DNA from: a virus
Direction: 5' to 3' (one strand)
IMG/VR virus record: IMGVR_UViG_3300017788_003020
Span: 1-64,000 of that record
Length of the DNA stretch: 64,000 nt
Part shown: one piece after another, positions 39,876-50,678 of the stretch
Position numbering within the stretch: the first letter of the stretch is position 1
How the letters are laid out: each line of letters starts with the position of its first letter
The notes under the pieces: model-generated
Told to the model about the DNA's origin: nothing
Databases searched by the model: none
Seen by the model: only the letters and a program-made list of their open reading frames with translations
Program-made: the position numbers and the translations under genes

Positions 39876-40104
39876 ACTAAAACAATTTTTGAATAATATA
39901 CCAGAAGAATTAGAGTCATATCAGATAATCTATCGAAGATTTGAAGATGAAGGAGAAAATATACTATTCTTAGATTATCCTCTAAGTACACTCTATGTCG
40001 ATGATGAAAATGGTGAATTTATATTTCTTGATAAAGACGGTTGGGATTATTTTGACAATAATCTGCTTCTTCGTGATGGTGATGATGATTCTGAGGATGC
40101 TTAA
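39862..40104 (+). CDS. Acidic hypothetical protein
   Basis: MKISELKQFLNNIPEE start. Confidence 0.65.
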   Translation: MKISELKQFLNNIPEELESYQIIYRRFEDEGENILFLDYPLSTLYVDDENGEFIFLDKDGWDYFDNNLLLRDGDDDSEDA

Positions 40105-40140
40105 AAGTAAACAAATAACTTAAAAACTTATATATTAGAT

Positions 40141-40233
40141 ATGAAAAAGAAAATACAAATAGAAGAATTGGTGCCTTATTTAAGCATAGCTATAGCATTA
40201 TCTTATATTATTTTTGACTTGGTAAAATCATAA
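40141..40233 (+). CDS. 30-aa membrane micro-protein
   Basis: MKKKIQIEELVPYLSIAIALSYIIFDLVKS after an AAC/TATA promoter. Confidence 0.45.
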   Translation: MKKKIQIEELVPYLSIAIALSYIIFDLVKS

Positions 40234-40245
40234 AAGGACTTTGAT

Positions 40246-40440
40246 ATGTTGTTTTTATTCTCGATTACCCTGCTTATTTCCATTTTTACATTTTCTTTTC
40301 TATTTAACACTTTAAATAGATACTGGAAAACACTCGTTCCCAAAAGAAAAAGACTTTATATTATACTTACGACTATTAACTTTAGTATGATTATCTTAAA
40401 TATATTTCTCATATTCAATTTTTTCTTAAAATTTATTTAA
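40246..40440 (+). CDS. Small two-TM protein
   Basis: Two hydrophobic helices. Confidence 0.5.
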   Translation: MLFLFSITLLISIFTFSFLFNTLNRYWKTLVPKRKRLYIILTTINFSMIILNIFLIFNFFLKFI

Positions 40441-40535
40441 TATAATTGATATATAGTTTACTCTTACTTTTAGGGATTTAGTTATTTTCTCTACATATAA
40501 TGAAAAAAACAAAAAATAATATAAAAAATTAAACA

Positions 40536-40913
40536 ATGGTAATTTTAGGCGCATCTGAGTCTTATGAAAATAGGGGAAATATTGAAGAACTTACAAGGGT
40601 AATAGGTGATTCAACAAAGAAAATAGAAAAAATCAAAAGTAATTTCGATACCCTTCTTTATGATATTTTTGATGAAATGATTGAGTCTGACAAAAACTTG
40701 GTATATGTGTTAAATGAAAAGTTTCAAAAAGAAATAGAAACCCTACCTGATTTTGTTGATTTATATGCTATATCCACAGAAATAGACCTAATGACCTCAG
40801 ACATGAAAGCAACTGAAGAATCAGAAGCCTTAATAGAAATATGCAAAGAACATGAGTCTTATTTTGAATATTACATAGACATACAAAAAACTCTGATAAA
40901 CATATACAGATGA
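40536..40913 (+). CDS. Acidic hypothetical protein
   Basis: ORF; GATATATA at 40448; terminator at 40916-40942. Confidence 0.65.
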   Translation: MVILGASESYENRGNIEELTRVIGDSTKKIEKIKSNFDTLLYDIFDEMIESDKNLVYVLNEKFQKEIETLPDFVDLYAISTEIDLMTSDMKATEESEALIEICKEHESYFEYYIDIQKTLINIYR

Positions 40914-41033
40914 CAAAAGCCCCCAAAAATGGGGGTTTTTTATTTTATGGAGCCATTATACATTTTTTTAAGAAGTAGACCTAATATTTAATTTTTAAGA
41001 TATATAGAATCATAAAATTTAACCTTATTGCAC

Positions 41034-41765
41034 ATGACGCGTGATGAATTAGTTGAACTTGTCCAAGATGAGTTGACAGTTTCGAGTGGATTGCCTAACT
41101 CAATCTCTCCAAAAGAAATAGAGCGTATAATAAAGAATGCAGAACGTTGGTTTTTCATAAACTATAAAAATGCGGTTGAATCTGATTTTTATGTAGTTCC
41201 TCATTCATATTTCACCTCATCTGAATTTACAGATAGAAGATATATTCAATTACCTGACTGTGTTATGACTATCCAAGATTTTCGTGAAATTAGAGGTGGT
41301 TCAAGAATTGGTATAGTTGACCGAGACATTACAGAAAATAAAATCATAGCTTCTGAATTATTCCTCTCACCAGTTATTGGAGATGACCTTGTTATGAGGA
41401 CTGCCCAATATGCTTACTGGGATTTAACAAAAGCATATTTCTTAGATACAGTCGCTTACACGTTTAATCAAAATACAAAAAGAATAAAAATATTAGGTAG
41501 AAATCCAAGAACAAGCACAATTATCAAATGCTTTTCTAAAATACCAGAAGCTAATCTATATGATGATGATTTATTCATTAGGTGGATTTTTGCTAAAAGT
41601 AAAATAGCACTTGGGTATATGTATTCACTTTATACATATCAATTGCCAGGTGGCGTAACAATAAATGGAAGCATCTTAAAGGATGCTGGTGAAAAAGAAC
41701 TTCAAGAAGTAAAAGAACAGATAGATAAAGAAGCACCACCAGATTGGTTCTTGGTTTATAATTGA
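41034..41765 (+). CDS. Neck protein (T4 gp13-like head-tail adaptor)
   Basis: C-terminal LPGGVTING..L...GEKEL..V motif; GATATATA at 40999. Confidence 0.85.
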   Translation: MTRDELVELVQDELTVSSGLPNSISPKEIERIIKNAERWFFINYKNAVESDFYVVPHSYFTSSEFTDRRYIQLPDCVMTIQDFREIRGGSRIGIVDRDITENKIIASELFLSPVIGDDLVMRTAQYAYWDLTKAYFLDTVAYTFNQNTKRIKILGRNPRTSTIIKCFSKIPEANLYDDDLFIRWIFAKSKIALGYMYSLYTYQLPGGVTINGSILKDAGEKELQEVKEQIDKEAPPDWFLVYN

Positions 41766-41805
41766 TGATTTTACTAAAAGAATATATAAAATAAACATAA
41801 TAAAC

Positions 41806-42369
41806 ATGCCTGCTAAATCTAAAGCCCAAGGTCGTTTAATGAGAATAGCCCTTGCATATAAAAAAGGTCATTTGAAAGCAAGTGAAGTCTCAGATTCGGC
41901 TAAAGAAATAGCTAACTCCATGACAATAAAGGAGTTAGAAAAATATGCAACAACACCTGAAAAGGGTTTGCCTATGCATGTAGATGAAGAGTTTGCAACT
42001 CTTGATGCTACTCCTGGTATGGGGGATGTAACTCCACCAACAGCAACTACTCCTGGAAGTGGTGATGTATTTAACGCATACGGTTTATACACACAAGGAT
42101 TTTTGAAAAAGACTAAAAAGGATAGGAAAGCTAAAAAAACAGACCCTATGAAACATTATCATCCTGAAAAAGGAATAGTTAATTTTCAACCTCATGGTAG
42201 TATTGTATATTTTGAAGACTTCATTAAAAATTTGAGAACAACAAGTTCCAATTCTTTTAATGACCATAATGATGATTATCAAGGTTTCATAAATACAGAT
42301 TCACAATATACAGGCCCAGAATCTGGGGATGGTGGATATGATGGTGGATATGATGGTGCTGGTGATTAA
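41806..42369 (+). CDS. DUF3008-like protein
   Basis: MPAKSKAQ.R...AL..KKG...SMT.KEL..YA.T..KGLP. Confidence 0.7.
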   Translation: MPAKSKAQGRLMRIALAYKKGHLKASEVSDSAKEIANSMTIKELEKYATTPEKGLPMHVDEEFATLDATPGMGDVTPPTATTPGSGDVFNAYGLYTQGFLKKTKKDRKAKKTDPMKHYHPEKGIVNFQPHGSIVYFEDFIKNLRTTSSNSFNDHNDDYQGFINTDSQYTGPESGDGGYDGGYDGAGD

Positions 42370-42416
42370 ATAGTTCTAATTAAACAATTAAGTATAAACA
42401 TAAGTATTGAATTTTA

Positions 42417-45400
42417 ATGGTATACGCTGCTGATAAATATCTAAGAACGTTTTTAGGTTTAAATGGTATAAGGAATCCTGCTCTTTTGGCTAATACAGAG
42501 TATGAAGACCCTACATATCCTATGTTTCATGTCCAATTTAAATTTGGGCCAGCATTGCCAGATGCTAAACATCCAGACTATGTCGCAAATAGGTTGCTTG
42601 ATTCTGGTAGTAATCCAGAGTCCGCCATAAGTTACTTAAAAAGTATATCTGAACCCGAAAGAGCAGAAAGTTTAAGTAAGTTTATAGATGCTCTAAAAAC
42701 TATAAGCGAAAAGACACCATATTATTTTCAAGGTATATCTGGAATAGATAATCTTATGAAAATGCATTATCCTGTTGATTCAAAAACTCCATTTGCAGAA
42801 CAACAGGATATTCTTCTTTCGGTAAAAACTCTTGAAAGTATTGACTTTAGAATTTTAGCGCTAAAGGACTTGTATAATAAATCAGTTTTCGATAGAAAGT
42901 ATAGAAGATGGGTGTTACCTGTAAATCTCAGAAGATTCAGAATGAGAATTATGATAGGCGAGTATCGCCAGATGGCTATTACAGAAGAAAATTTTTCTGT
43001 AAATCCAAGGCAACTTATGGACACATTAAGAGATGTTGATATATTTAATGCTTCTAATGTTGGTGGTAAATTATTAGGAAGAGTAAGTGAAGGAAGTTTA
43101 AGTTTTATAAAAAGATTACAGTGGTGGGATAATCATTTTTCATGTCTTGTATTTGATTGTCATGATTGTGAGTTTGAAATGAACTCAGCCCCTGAAGCTT
43201 TTTCTAATTTATCACATGGAGATAGTCTAAGGAATCCTTTAACTAACTCATTTGGAATTAGAGTAGGTAGAGTTGTAAATACGAATGTGTATAGTTTGTT
43301 GAAATTTGTTTTAACTGATGATATTTTATACCAATCGTTTTTGAGAGCTCAGGCTCAATCAACAACTAAAAATAGTACAGCGGATGATAAGAAGTATGGT
43401 AATATAATGAAAAAATTAACTAAAGAAGATACAGAAGAAAAGGCAGCTATACTTTCAAAACAATATCAACAAATATTCAAGCCTGTATATGATTCTTGGG
43501 GTAGCTATCAGAATCTTTTAAGAGAGAAGGGTGATAATAAAAGGGTTATACTGGAAAATAGGGATTTTGAAAGTGCTGTAAGTGCAGATTTAAATGAAGG
43601 ATTAGGTGCTTTAGGTATAGGAGATGCTTTAGGTAATGGAACAAATTTCGGACCTGGTTTGGGTTCAGTTGGTAATTTTGTTGGCGATACTCTTTCAGGT
43701 TTAGCACAAGAAGCATTAGGAATGGCGACCGAACAGGTTACTAAAAATGTATTTGATAATGCTCTTTATAATTCTATTGCAGGAACTGCTCTTGGTGTAT
43801 TAAATGGAGACTTAAATGCGGCGGCAAGAAACTTTACAAACCCAGCATTAGCGGCTCAATTGGGTATAAATTTAGAATTTTCAAATAATCCTGTCCCTCC
43901 AAATCTAAGAGATGGAGTTCCATCTAAATTGGATTTGACTCCTCCAAATGTTCAGCGTTCTCTTACGGACGTTAGAGCTAATTTAACGGGAGAGGGAGCT
44001 GACCCAAGATTTCAAGCTATTGGTAGACCTGGTCAGAGTTTATTCTCTAACCCAGAAAGCATAGAAAAAGCTATGCAACCTCAAACCATAGAATTTACTG
44101 AAGTTAGAAAAGAAACTAAGATGTCTACTACTAATGTAGAATTTACTGAAGTAAAAAAAGAAACTCGATTAAATCCACAGAAAGAAACTCTCGTTGGAGC
44201 TACTCCAAAGAAAACCTTTGATTCTACAAATGCAGACTTGCAGGGCGCTCAGGCTCTTAAAGACCTAACACCATCTAATGCAGATTTAACTGGTGCTCAG
44301 CCTATAAGAGACTTGAATCCTACAAATGCAGACTTGCAGGGCGCTCAGGCTCTTAAAGACCTAACGCCATCTAATGCAGATTTAACTGGTGCTCAACCTA
44401 TACGAGACTTGAACCCTACAAATGCAGATTTAGAAGGAGCTCAACCTATACGAGACTTGAACCCTACAAATGCAGATTTAGAAGGAGCTCAGCCACTTAA
44501 AGACTTAACGCCATCTAATGCAGATTTACAAGGCGCGCGACCTCTCAAAGACTTAACGCCATCTAATGCAGATTTAACTGGTGCTGAACCTATTAAAGAC
44601 TTAACGCCATCTAATGCAGATTTAACTGGTGCTGAACCTATTAAGGACTTAAAGCCATCTAATGCAGATTTGCAGGGCGCACAACCTCTCAAAGACTTAA
44701 CGCCATCTAATGCAGATTTAGAGGGGGCTCAACCTATAAGAGACTTAAATCCTATAAATGCAGATTTGATTGGTTCTCAACCTCTCAAAGACTTAACGCC
44801 ATCTAATGCAGATTTACAGGGAGCACAACCTATACGAGACCTAACTCCATCTAATGCAGATTTACAGGGCGCACAGGCAATAAAAGACCTAACTCCATCT
44901 AATGCAGATTTGCAGGGGGCGGAGGCAATAAAAGACTTAACGCCATCTAATGTAGGCCTACAAGGCATACAGCCCATGAGAGATTTGAATACTACAAATG
45001 CAGACTTAACTGGCGCTGAGGCAATAAGAGACCTAACACCGTCTAATGCAGATTTACAAGGTACACAACCTATACGAGACCTAACACCATCTAATGCAGA
45101 TTTACAAGGAGCTTCTGCTCAAAGAGCATTTACGGAAACAAACGCTGATTTGAATGGAGCCTCTCCATCAATGAGATTCGATAATGATAATGTAAAATTG
45201 GAGGGTAAACTTTCTTCTGACAAATTCAATTCTTCAAATGTAGGTTTTACTGGTTCTTCTACAAAAACTGTAAATAATTTAGGAGTAGAAAATCTTGAAG
45301 GTAAAGATGCTCTAAGAGAGTTTACAGAAACAAATGTTGGTGACATGCAATCTAACACAAAAGAATATTCTTCATTGGGAACTGAAGCACTTGTAGGCTC

Positions 45401-45983
45401 TGAACCCATAAGAAATATGAATATGTCAAATGCTGACTTAGATATAAACAGCTCTAATTCTAAATTACAGACAAATGTTGAATTATCTGGATATGAACCA
45501 ACTCAGCCAATATTGGGAGTAGAAAATTTAACAGGAGCCAAACCTTTAACTAATTTAGTTATGAGAAATTCAGAATTAGTCGGAGCGGATAATAATTCAG
45601 GCGCTACAAGAATTGTGAATGTTGATTTAGAAGGTGCTCAAAAGCAAACTTCCATGATGAATAAAGATGAATTAAAGGGGGCGGGTAAATTAACATCTAT
45701 GAATCAAAAAAATGTTAACTTAAAACAAGCTGCTCCAAGTAATACTATGGTTCCAAAAAATACAGAATTAATTGGTTTTAATCCGTCAGTTACAATGACT
45801 CAAAATGTAGATTTTATAACTATGTCTTCAAGTGAAACATTGGAAATACAAACTGTTGAACTTGAAGGGAAACCTAAAACTGTGGATGTTTCTATGACAA
45901 ATGTAGGTTTAAGTGGGTCTTCAAAAGAAGAGACTTTTCAGATTAAAAATATCTTAGGAATACAACCTCCAAAGACTGATTAA
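42417..45983 (+). CDS. Probable baseplate/tail-tube-junction protein with long 16-aa repeat tail
   Basis: Directly before gp5-like gene; globular N-terminal domain then DLTPSNADLQGAQPIR repeats. Confidence 0.55.
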   Translation: MVYAADKYLRTFLGLNGIRNPALLANTEYEDPTYPMFHVQFKFGPALPDAKHPDYVANRLLDSGSNPESAISYLKSISEPERAESLSKFIDALKTISEKTPYYFQGISGIDNLMKMHYPVDSKTPFAEQQDILLSVKTLESIDFRILALKDLYNKSVFDRKYRRWVLPVNLRRFRMRIMIGEYRQMAITEENFSVNPRQLMDTLRDVDIFNASNVGGKLLGRVSEGSLSFIKRLQWWDNHFSCLVFDCHDCEFEMNSAPEAFSNLSHGDSLRNPLTNSFGIRVGRVVNTNVYSLLKFVLTDDILYQSFLRAQAQSTTKNSTADDKKYGNIMKKLTKEDTEEKAAILSKQYQQIFKPVYDSWGSYQNLLREKGDNKRVILENRDFESAVSADLNEGLGALGIGDALGNGTNFGPGLGSVGNFVGDTLSGLAQEALGMATEQVTKNVFDNALYNSIAGTALGVLNGDLNAAARNFTNPALAAQLGINLEFSNNPVPPNLRDGVPSKLDLTPPNVQRSLTDVRANLTGEGADPRFQAIGRPGQSLFSNPESIEKAMQPQTIEFTEVRKETKMSTTNVEFTEVKKETRLNPQKETLVGATPKKTFDSTNADLQGAQALKDLTPSNADLTGAQPIRDLNPTNADLQGAQALKDLTPSNADLTGAQPIRDLNPTNADLEGAQPIRDLNPTNADLEGAQPLKDLTPSNADLQGARPLKDLTPSNADLTGAEPIKDLTPSNADLTGAEPIKDLKPSNADLQGAQPLKDLTPSNADLEGAQPIRDLNPINADLIGSQPLKDLTPSNADLQGAQPIRDLTPSNADLQGAQAIKDLTPSNADLQGAEAIKDLTPSNVGLQGIQPMRDLNTTNADLTGAEAIRDLTPSNADLQGTQPIRDLTPSNADLQGASAQRAFTETNADLNGASPSMRFDNDNVKLEGKLSSDKFNSSNVGFTGSSTKTVNNLGVENLEGKDALREFTETNVGDMQSNTKEYSSLGTEALVGSEPIRNMNMSNADLDINSSNSKLQTNVELSGYEPTQPILGVENLTGAKPLTNLVMRNSELVGADNNSGATRIVNVDLEGAQKQTSMMNKDELKGAGKLTSMNQKNVNLKQAAPSNTMVPKNTELIGFNPSVTMTQNVDFITMSSSETLEIQTVELEGKPKTVDVSMTNVGLSGSSKEETFQIKNILGIQPPKTD
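44215..45125 (+). repeat. About 19 tandem 48-nt repeats, degenerate copies on both flanks
   Basis: AATGCAGA(T/C)TT core every 48 nt. Confidence 0.95.
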
Positions 45984-46015
45984 CTAAGTTTATTTTTTTA
46001 GGATATATACTAATT

Positions 46016-46765
46016 ATGAACAGAAATCACACTTATTTTGGTAAAGTAGTCATAAGCGATGACCCAGAAAGAATGGGTAGATGTAAGGTTAGAATCTTAG
46101 GTGTTCTTGATGAACTTAAAGATGAAGATTTACCTTGGGCTTTTCCTGCATATAATTCTACTTTTGCAGGAGGAGAATCAAAAGGGTATGGTTCTATAAG
46201 TGTTCCTAAAAAAGATACAGTAGTTAGAGTAAGATTTGAAAATGGAGATGTGTATACCCCAGTTTATTGGAGTATACCGATTGTAAATGAAGCTATGAAA
46301 GCTGAGATAGATGCTTCATATCTTAATTCTCATGTTTTAACATATGATGAAGATGAAGATATGAAAGTTCTTTATAGTCCATCTATTGGTCTTAAATATC
46401 ATCTAAATGGCTCACATCTTACTATCAATCCAGATAATTCTATAACTATTGAGCATGAGGCAACACAGTCTGTTATCGAATTGAATGGCTCAAATATAAC
46501 TATCGTTGCGAATAATCAAACGGAAATAACTGCTCCTACGAAGATAGAAATTAATAGTTCTTATGTTCATGTAAATGGAGTAAAAACAGAGCTTGGTGCG
46601 GCTCCTGTATTTTCAAATATATGCGCAGAACCACTTTGGGTTTTTCTCAAAGCTCTTGCGGCAGCTACTGATGCTAAATGGCCACCTTCACCTGGAGTTT
46701 TATCAGGTTTAGCGGCGACAGCCGAGGTAGCAAGCACTTCAAAAACAGTAAAAACATCTCTATAA
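46016..46765 (+). CDS. Baseplate hub/spike protein (gp5/gpV OB-fold)
   Basis: G.VV..DDPE.MGRCKVRI.G...LPWA.P...VP.....V.V.FENGD...P; GATATATA at 46002. Confidence 0.9.
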   Translation: MNRNHTYFGKVVISDDPERMGRCKVRILGVLDELKDEDLPWAFPAYNSTFAGGESKGYGSISVPKKDTVVRVRFENGDVYTPVYWSIPIVNEAMKAEIDASYLNSHVLTYDEDEDMKVLYSPSIGLKYHLNGSHLTINPDNSITIEHEATQSVIELNGSNITIVANNQTEITAPTKIEINSSYVHVNGVKTELGAAPVFSNICAEPLWVFLKALAAATDAKWPPSPGVLSGLAATAEVASTSKTVKTSL

Positions 46766-46771
46766 AATACA

Positions 46772-49700
46772 ATGGTTCAATCTTTATTACAAATAACACC
46801 ATACGCTTTAGTTGAATACAACTATGATATAACAGAGTTGGGAACGGAAGATATATCATTTATTTTAATAGATTCTTCATATACGAATTCTCGTCAAATA
46901 CTAAACGAAACAAAGGGAAATAATCCAACTTCTAATATATTGGATAGGTCTGCTGTTAGACTATCCGATACAAGAACTTGGGGTTATTTAGACCAAGATA
47001 GACCTATACCCTACAATATTCTTGATGCATCGAATTTAATTTCAAATAATTTAAGTGAAATTACAAATACGAATTGGCCAGTAAAATATGAAACTGTAAA
47101 GTTGCATTTACTTTCTGGATACAATTTAGAAGACTTGGATGGTCTTTTATTATCAATAGAATATCCAGAGGTTTCTGGTAAAACTAATGTTGTAGCTCAG
47201 ATTGCTTATTTGAAAGGCGATGAGTATGTAAACTTAAACCCAAGACCTATCATCATAAATGGGATTACTTATGATAGATATATCGAGGTTCAGATTCCAT
47301 CTTTGTATTATTTGAATTCTGCTTTTTATGCAACACCTACAAGCGCTTCTTTGGCTTATTGGTTAACATCCGATAACAAAGGTTTCGTAAGAGAAGGCTT
47401 AATCAATATAACTCTGAGGGAGATTGCAACATCATCAGATGATGGTTCAAAACTTTTACTTACAACAGGAAATGAGAGAAGCGTATCTTTCAAACAAAGA
47501 GATGCTTATAGCTCTCTTGTAGCTGTTTTGAAAGAAAATGAAGAGGAAGATTGTTTTGAGTATTATCCAACATGGGAAGGTAATTTCATAGAAGATTTAG
47601 TTGCTAACTTAAATGGGATAGGTGGAGATTATTATGTTTTCCACGAACTTTATGTATATGAGCAAGTTGGATTTAGTCAAATAAAAACAGATTATTTCGT
47701 TTCCTTACAAGAAGGCGACTTCAATTCCCCAAAGAAATTTAGACCTGTTTTGAAACAAGCAGATTCTGCATATTCTTTTAGCATTGACTATGTTATGCGT
47801 CTGACTGACAGGGGCAGTGGTAATCAAATAATTAGGATGGCAAGTTTAACCTCATTCGACCCCAAACGATATGGTAGAAAGATAGAGAAGGTAAATCTCG
47901 ATGGTTCTGTAAAATCATTCAAAATTTATAATAAGATTGTAGAAGAAAATAAACTTAGCATAAATAAAAAGTCTGTAGAAAGGAAAATAGAAAAACTCTA
48001 TACTCCCACATTTTTTGATTTTAATGAAGTTGCAGTAAATACATCAAATGTTATTCTAAAATCAGATGGGACTTTTACAAGTGAATCTGTTTGGAATTGG
48101 GATGTTATATTTGGTCAAGGTGAGGCTATAATTCTTTTACATCCTTTTGAGAATTATGTTAAATTCAAATTACATAGATTCTTAGAAGCAAATAAAACTC
48201 AATACTTAGATTTAAGATATGAAGTTGATTTATTCTTAGTAATAGAATATGCTGGAAAGCAAGTAAGATTTTCTAAGGTTGATGGGTTTTACTCAACAAA
48301 TTTAGCAGAAGGTGAAGTTATATTTAAGATACCTACCAGAGAAGCTAATGCGATATATGCAAACGAAGGTGGAACATTTTACATAACTTCAAAAGTCCCT
48401 TCTTTCATTAAAGTTAAAGTAAAAGACAATTTCATAGGCGGTATTGCAAATAGAGAAGCTAATATAATATCAAAGGAATTCTACTCTAAAGGTGAGACAG
48501 ATAACTTAGAATTGATATTTGAAGGAACTACTTATTTTGTTCCAAAGAATATGCTACAAGTAATCCAAGTTATACCAAATGGTTCTGGTGTTAGTGAAAC
48601 AACACTTTACACAGGAAAATGGAGAAGAATGCAAGAAGCTGATAAAGTTAAAGACGAAATTGAAAACATTAGGAAAGCAGAGCTCGAAAAAGTAATAAAT
48701 CAGATTAGAACTTCTCAATTATCTCTAAATGCAAGACAAACAGAATTAGACAAAAAATCCGCTGAGCTCTTAGCTCTTGAAGCAAAACTCACAGCACAAT
48801 CTGCTTCTTTGACTTCAAAGGATAGTTTGCTTAATAATTTACAACAAGATTTAACCTCAAGGGATAAAGTTTTATCTCAAAGAGAAAAGGAATTGAGAGA
48901 TAATGCCAAAAAAGCTGCTGATGCTGAAAATGCTAATATAGCCGCCTTTCAAAACCAATTAAATAAAATCTTAGATGCTATTGAGAACATAGATACCTCT
49001 GGTTCTGGAACAGGTGGAGGAACAGGTGGAGGAACAGGTGGAGGACAAGGCTCTAATACAGATGAAGGCGGAGGAACAGGCTCAGGCACAGGCACGGGAA
49101 CAGGCACAGGAACGGGAACAGGCACGGGAACAGGCACAGGCTCAGGTACAGGTGGAGGAACAGGTACAGGTGGAGGAACAGGTTCTGGAACAAGAGTTAC
49201 CGCGAAGGATGTTATAAATTCTACTGGCACATTTAATAACAGAGTATCTAATAATGTTACAATAACGAATGTTGCTTCAAGGATAAACTATGTTGATTTT
49301 GCAGGACGTTCTGGTAATGATTTAGGAGTTCTACCAGGCCTTGGTCTTAAACCATTAGATACGGATTCTGGGCTTAATAGTTCTCAAAAAGGTTTCGGTA
49401 TAGCTAATTCAGGTTCAAAAGTAGGTGGAACTACAGCTACATTCGTAGGCTCAAAATCAAGCCTAACTTTACCTAAATCGACTACAAGTGCAAATCGTTC
49501 AAATAACTTTACAGATAGTTATAGTAATACTGGTGTAGGTAACAATAAAAAGTTAAATAACAATGCAGACTCAAACTCAGGCTCTTCATCTACACCACCA
49601 GCAGGGAATACAGAAAAGGTAGTTATTGGTAAAATAAAAGATTGGATTGTAGGATTAGATAATGAATCTCAATTCTTCCAGACTGATATTAATCTCAATA

Positions 49701-50068
49701 AAGTATTTTCAAGAAATTCCGCAGTTAATTCAAGATATCTCTGCGAATTACAGGTTGATACAATTAAATATTTATCAGTTGGAGATATTTTAGTAAGTAG
49801 TGATGGGTATGTAAATGTTCAAATTACAAGCGTAACTACACCAAATAAAGTAATAGCTCTTTGGTTAAAAGGAACAAAGGAATATCCTACCAATAATCCT
49901 TTTATCAACTTAGGAATCACAAGCACAACAGGAACTCAATATATCTATAATACAGCCTTATACGATACAAACAAGATTTCTTGGACGATAATCAAGCCTG
50001 TCCCTGAAGATAAAGGGAAGGGTGGCGGAGGCGGAGGAGAAGGCTCTTCAGTTAAACGACCATTATAA
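46772..50068 (+). CDS. Large virion structural protein with coiled coil and Gly-Thr linker
   Basis: In the baseplate operon; GTG repeats near 49000-49195. Confidence 0.65.
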   Translation: MVQSLLQITPYALVEYNYDITELGTEDISFILIDSSYTNSRQILNETKGNNPTSNILDRSAVRLSDTRTWGYLDQDRPIPYNILDASNLISNNLSEITNTNWPVKYETVKLHLLSGYNLEDLDGLLLSIEYPEVSGKTNVVAQIAYLKGDEYVNLNPRPIIINGITYDRYIEVQIPSLYYLNSAFYATPTSASLAYWLTSDNKGFVREGLINITLREIATSSDDGSKLLLTTGNERSVSFKQRDAYSSLVAVLKENEEEDCFEYYPTWEGNFIEDLVANLNGIGGDYYVFHELYVYEQVGFSQIKTDYFVSLQEGDFNSPKKFRPVLKQADSAYSFSIDYVMRLTDRGSGNQIIRMASLTSFDPKRYGRKIEKVNLDGSVKSFKIYNKIVEENKLSINKKSVERKIEKLYTPTFFDFNEVAVNTSNVILKSDGTFTSESVWNWDVIFGQGEAIILLHPFENYVKFKLHRFLEANKTQYLDLRYEVDLFLVIEYAGKQVRFSKVDGFYSTNLAEGEVIFKIPTREANAIYANEGGTFYITSKVPSFIKVKVKDNFIGGIANREANIISKEFYSKGETDNLELIFEGTTYFVPKNMLQVIQVIPNGSGVSETTLYTGKWRRMQEADKVKDEIENIRKAELEKVINQIRTSQLSLNARQTELDKKSAELLALEAKLTAQSASLTSKDSLLNNLQQDLTSRDKVLSQREKELRDNAKKAADAENANIAAFQNQLNKILDAIENIDTSGSGTGGGTGGGTGGGQGSNTDEGGGTGSGTGTGTGTGTGTGTGTGTGSGTGGGTGTGGGTGSGTRVTAKDVINSTGTFNNRVSNNVTITNVASRINYVDFAGRSGNDLGVLPGLGLKPLDTDSGLNSSQKGFGIANSGSKVGGTTATFVGSKSSLTLPKSTTSANRSNNFTDSYSNTGVGNNKKLNNNADSNSGSSSTPPAGNTEKVVIGKIKDWIVGLDNESQFFQTDINLNKVFSRNSAVNSRYLCELQVDTIKYLSVGDILVSSDGYVNVQITSVTTPNKVIALWLKGTKEYPTNNPFINLGITSTTGTQYIYNTALYDTNKISWTIIKPVPEDKGKGGGGGGEGSSVKRPL

Positions 50069-50082
50069 AATTTCATTCTTAA

Positions 50083-50628
50083 ATGATACTAAATGCCAGA
50101 CAAAACTTATTTGATTTTAGATTCCCAAAGGGATTTTTCTTTCCAGAAATAGAAGAGAAGTATAAGCCGTATATTAGGGCTTTACCTTTGCCTATTGATA
50201 ATGTATCAGATTTCATAAATCATACAATACAATCATTTAGGATGCCTTCTATATCTGTTCCTTCCGCAGAACAAAGACTAAGTGCAAGAAGAACACTTTG
50301 GAGGGGAGGTTTACCTTTTCATTTACTAACAGACCAGAAATTCTCCGTTACTTTCAAATTAACTGAAGGTTATGTGAATTATTTCATCATATATGACCAA
50401 CTTCGTCTATTTCTTGAATTTTCAAATGAAATAGAATATCTACCTACATGTAAACTTAGGCTATTAGACTATGGTGGAAAAGAATTTGTTTCTATTAGAC
50501 TTCAACAAATAACCATGGTTGGAATAGGAACTCTTGAACTAAGTTTCACATCCGCTTTGCCTCAACAAAGTAATTTTACCTGCGATTTCACATTCAATAT
50601 TTTTGAATTAGAGAAAGAATATCAATAA
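50083..50628 (+). CDS. Tail-tube-fold protein (gp19/gp3-like)
   Basis: IQSF.MPSI...FSVTFKL...L...FTCDFTFN pattern; structural operon. Confidence 0.65.
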   Translation: MILNARQNLFDFRFPKGFFFPEIEEKYKPYIRALPLPIDNVSDFINHTIQSFRMPSISVPSAEQRLSARRTLWRGGLPFHLLTDQKFSVTFKLTEGYVNYFIIYDQLRLFLEFSNEIEYLPTCKLRLLDYGGKEFVSIRLQQITMVGIGTLELSFTSALPQQSNFTCDFTFNIFELEKEYQ

Positions 50629-50678
50629 TATTCCTTATATTTGCATACAAATTTTCAATTACATAAGGAGGTATTTGT

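Noticed and set aside
44215-45125. 48-nt repeats as CRISPR array
   Set aside because: Contiguous, spacer-less, in frame, with mostly synonymous or conservative variation.
48949-49230. PVPV and EQAQ repeat ORFs
   Set aside because: Alternative frames of the Gly-Thr linker in the 1098-aa gene.
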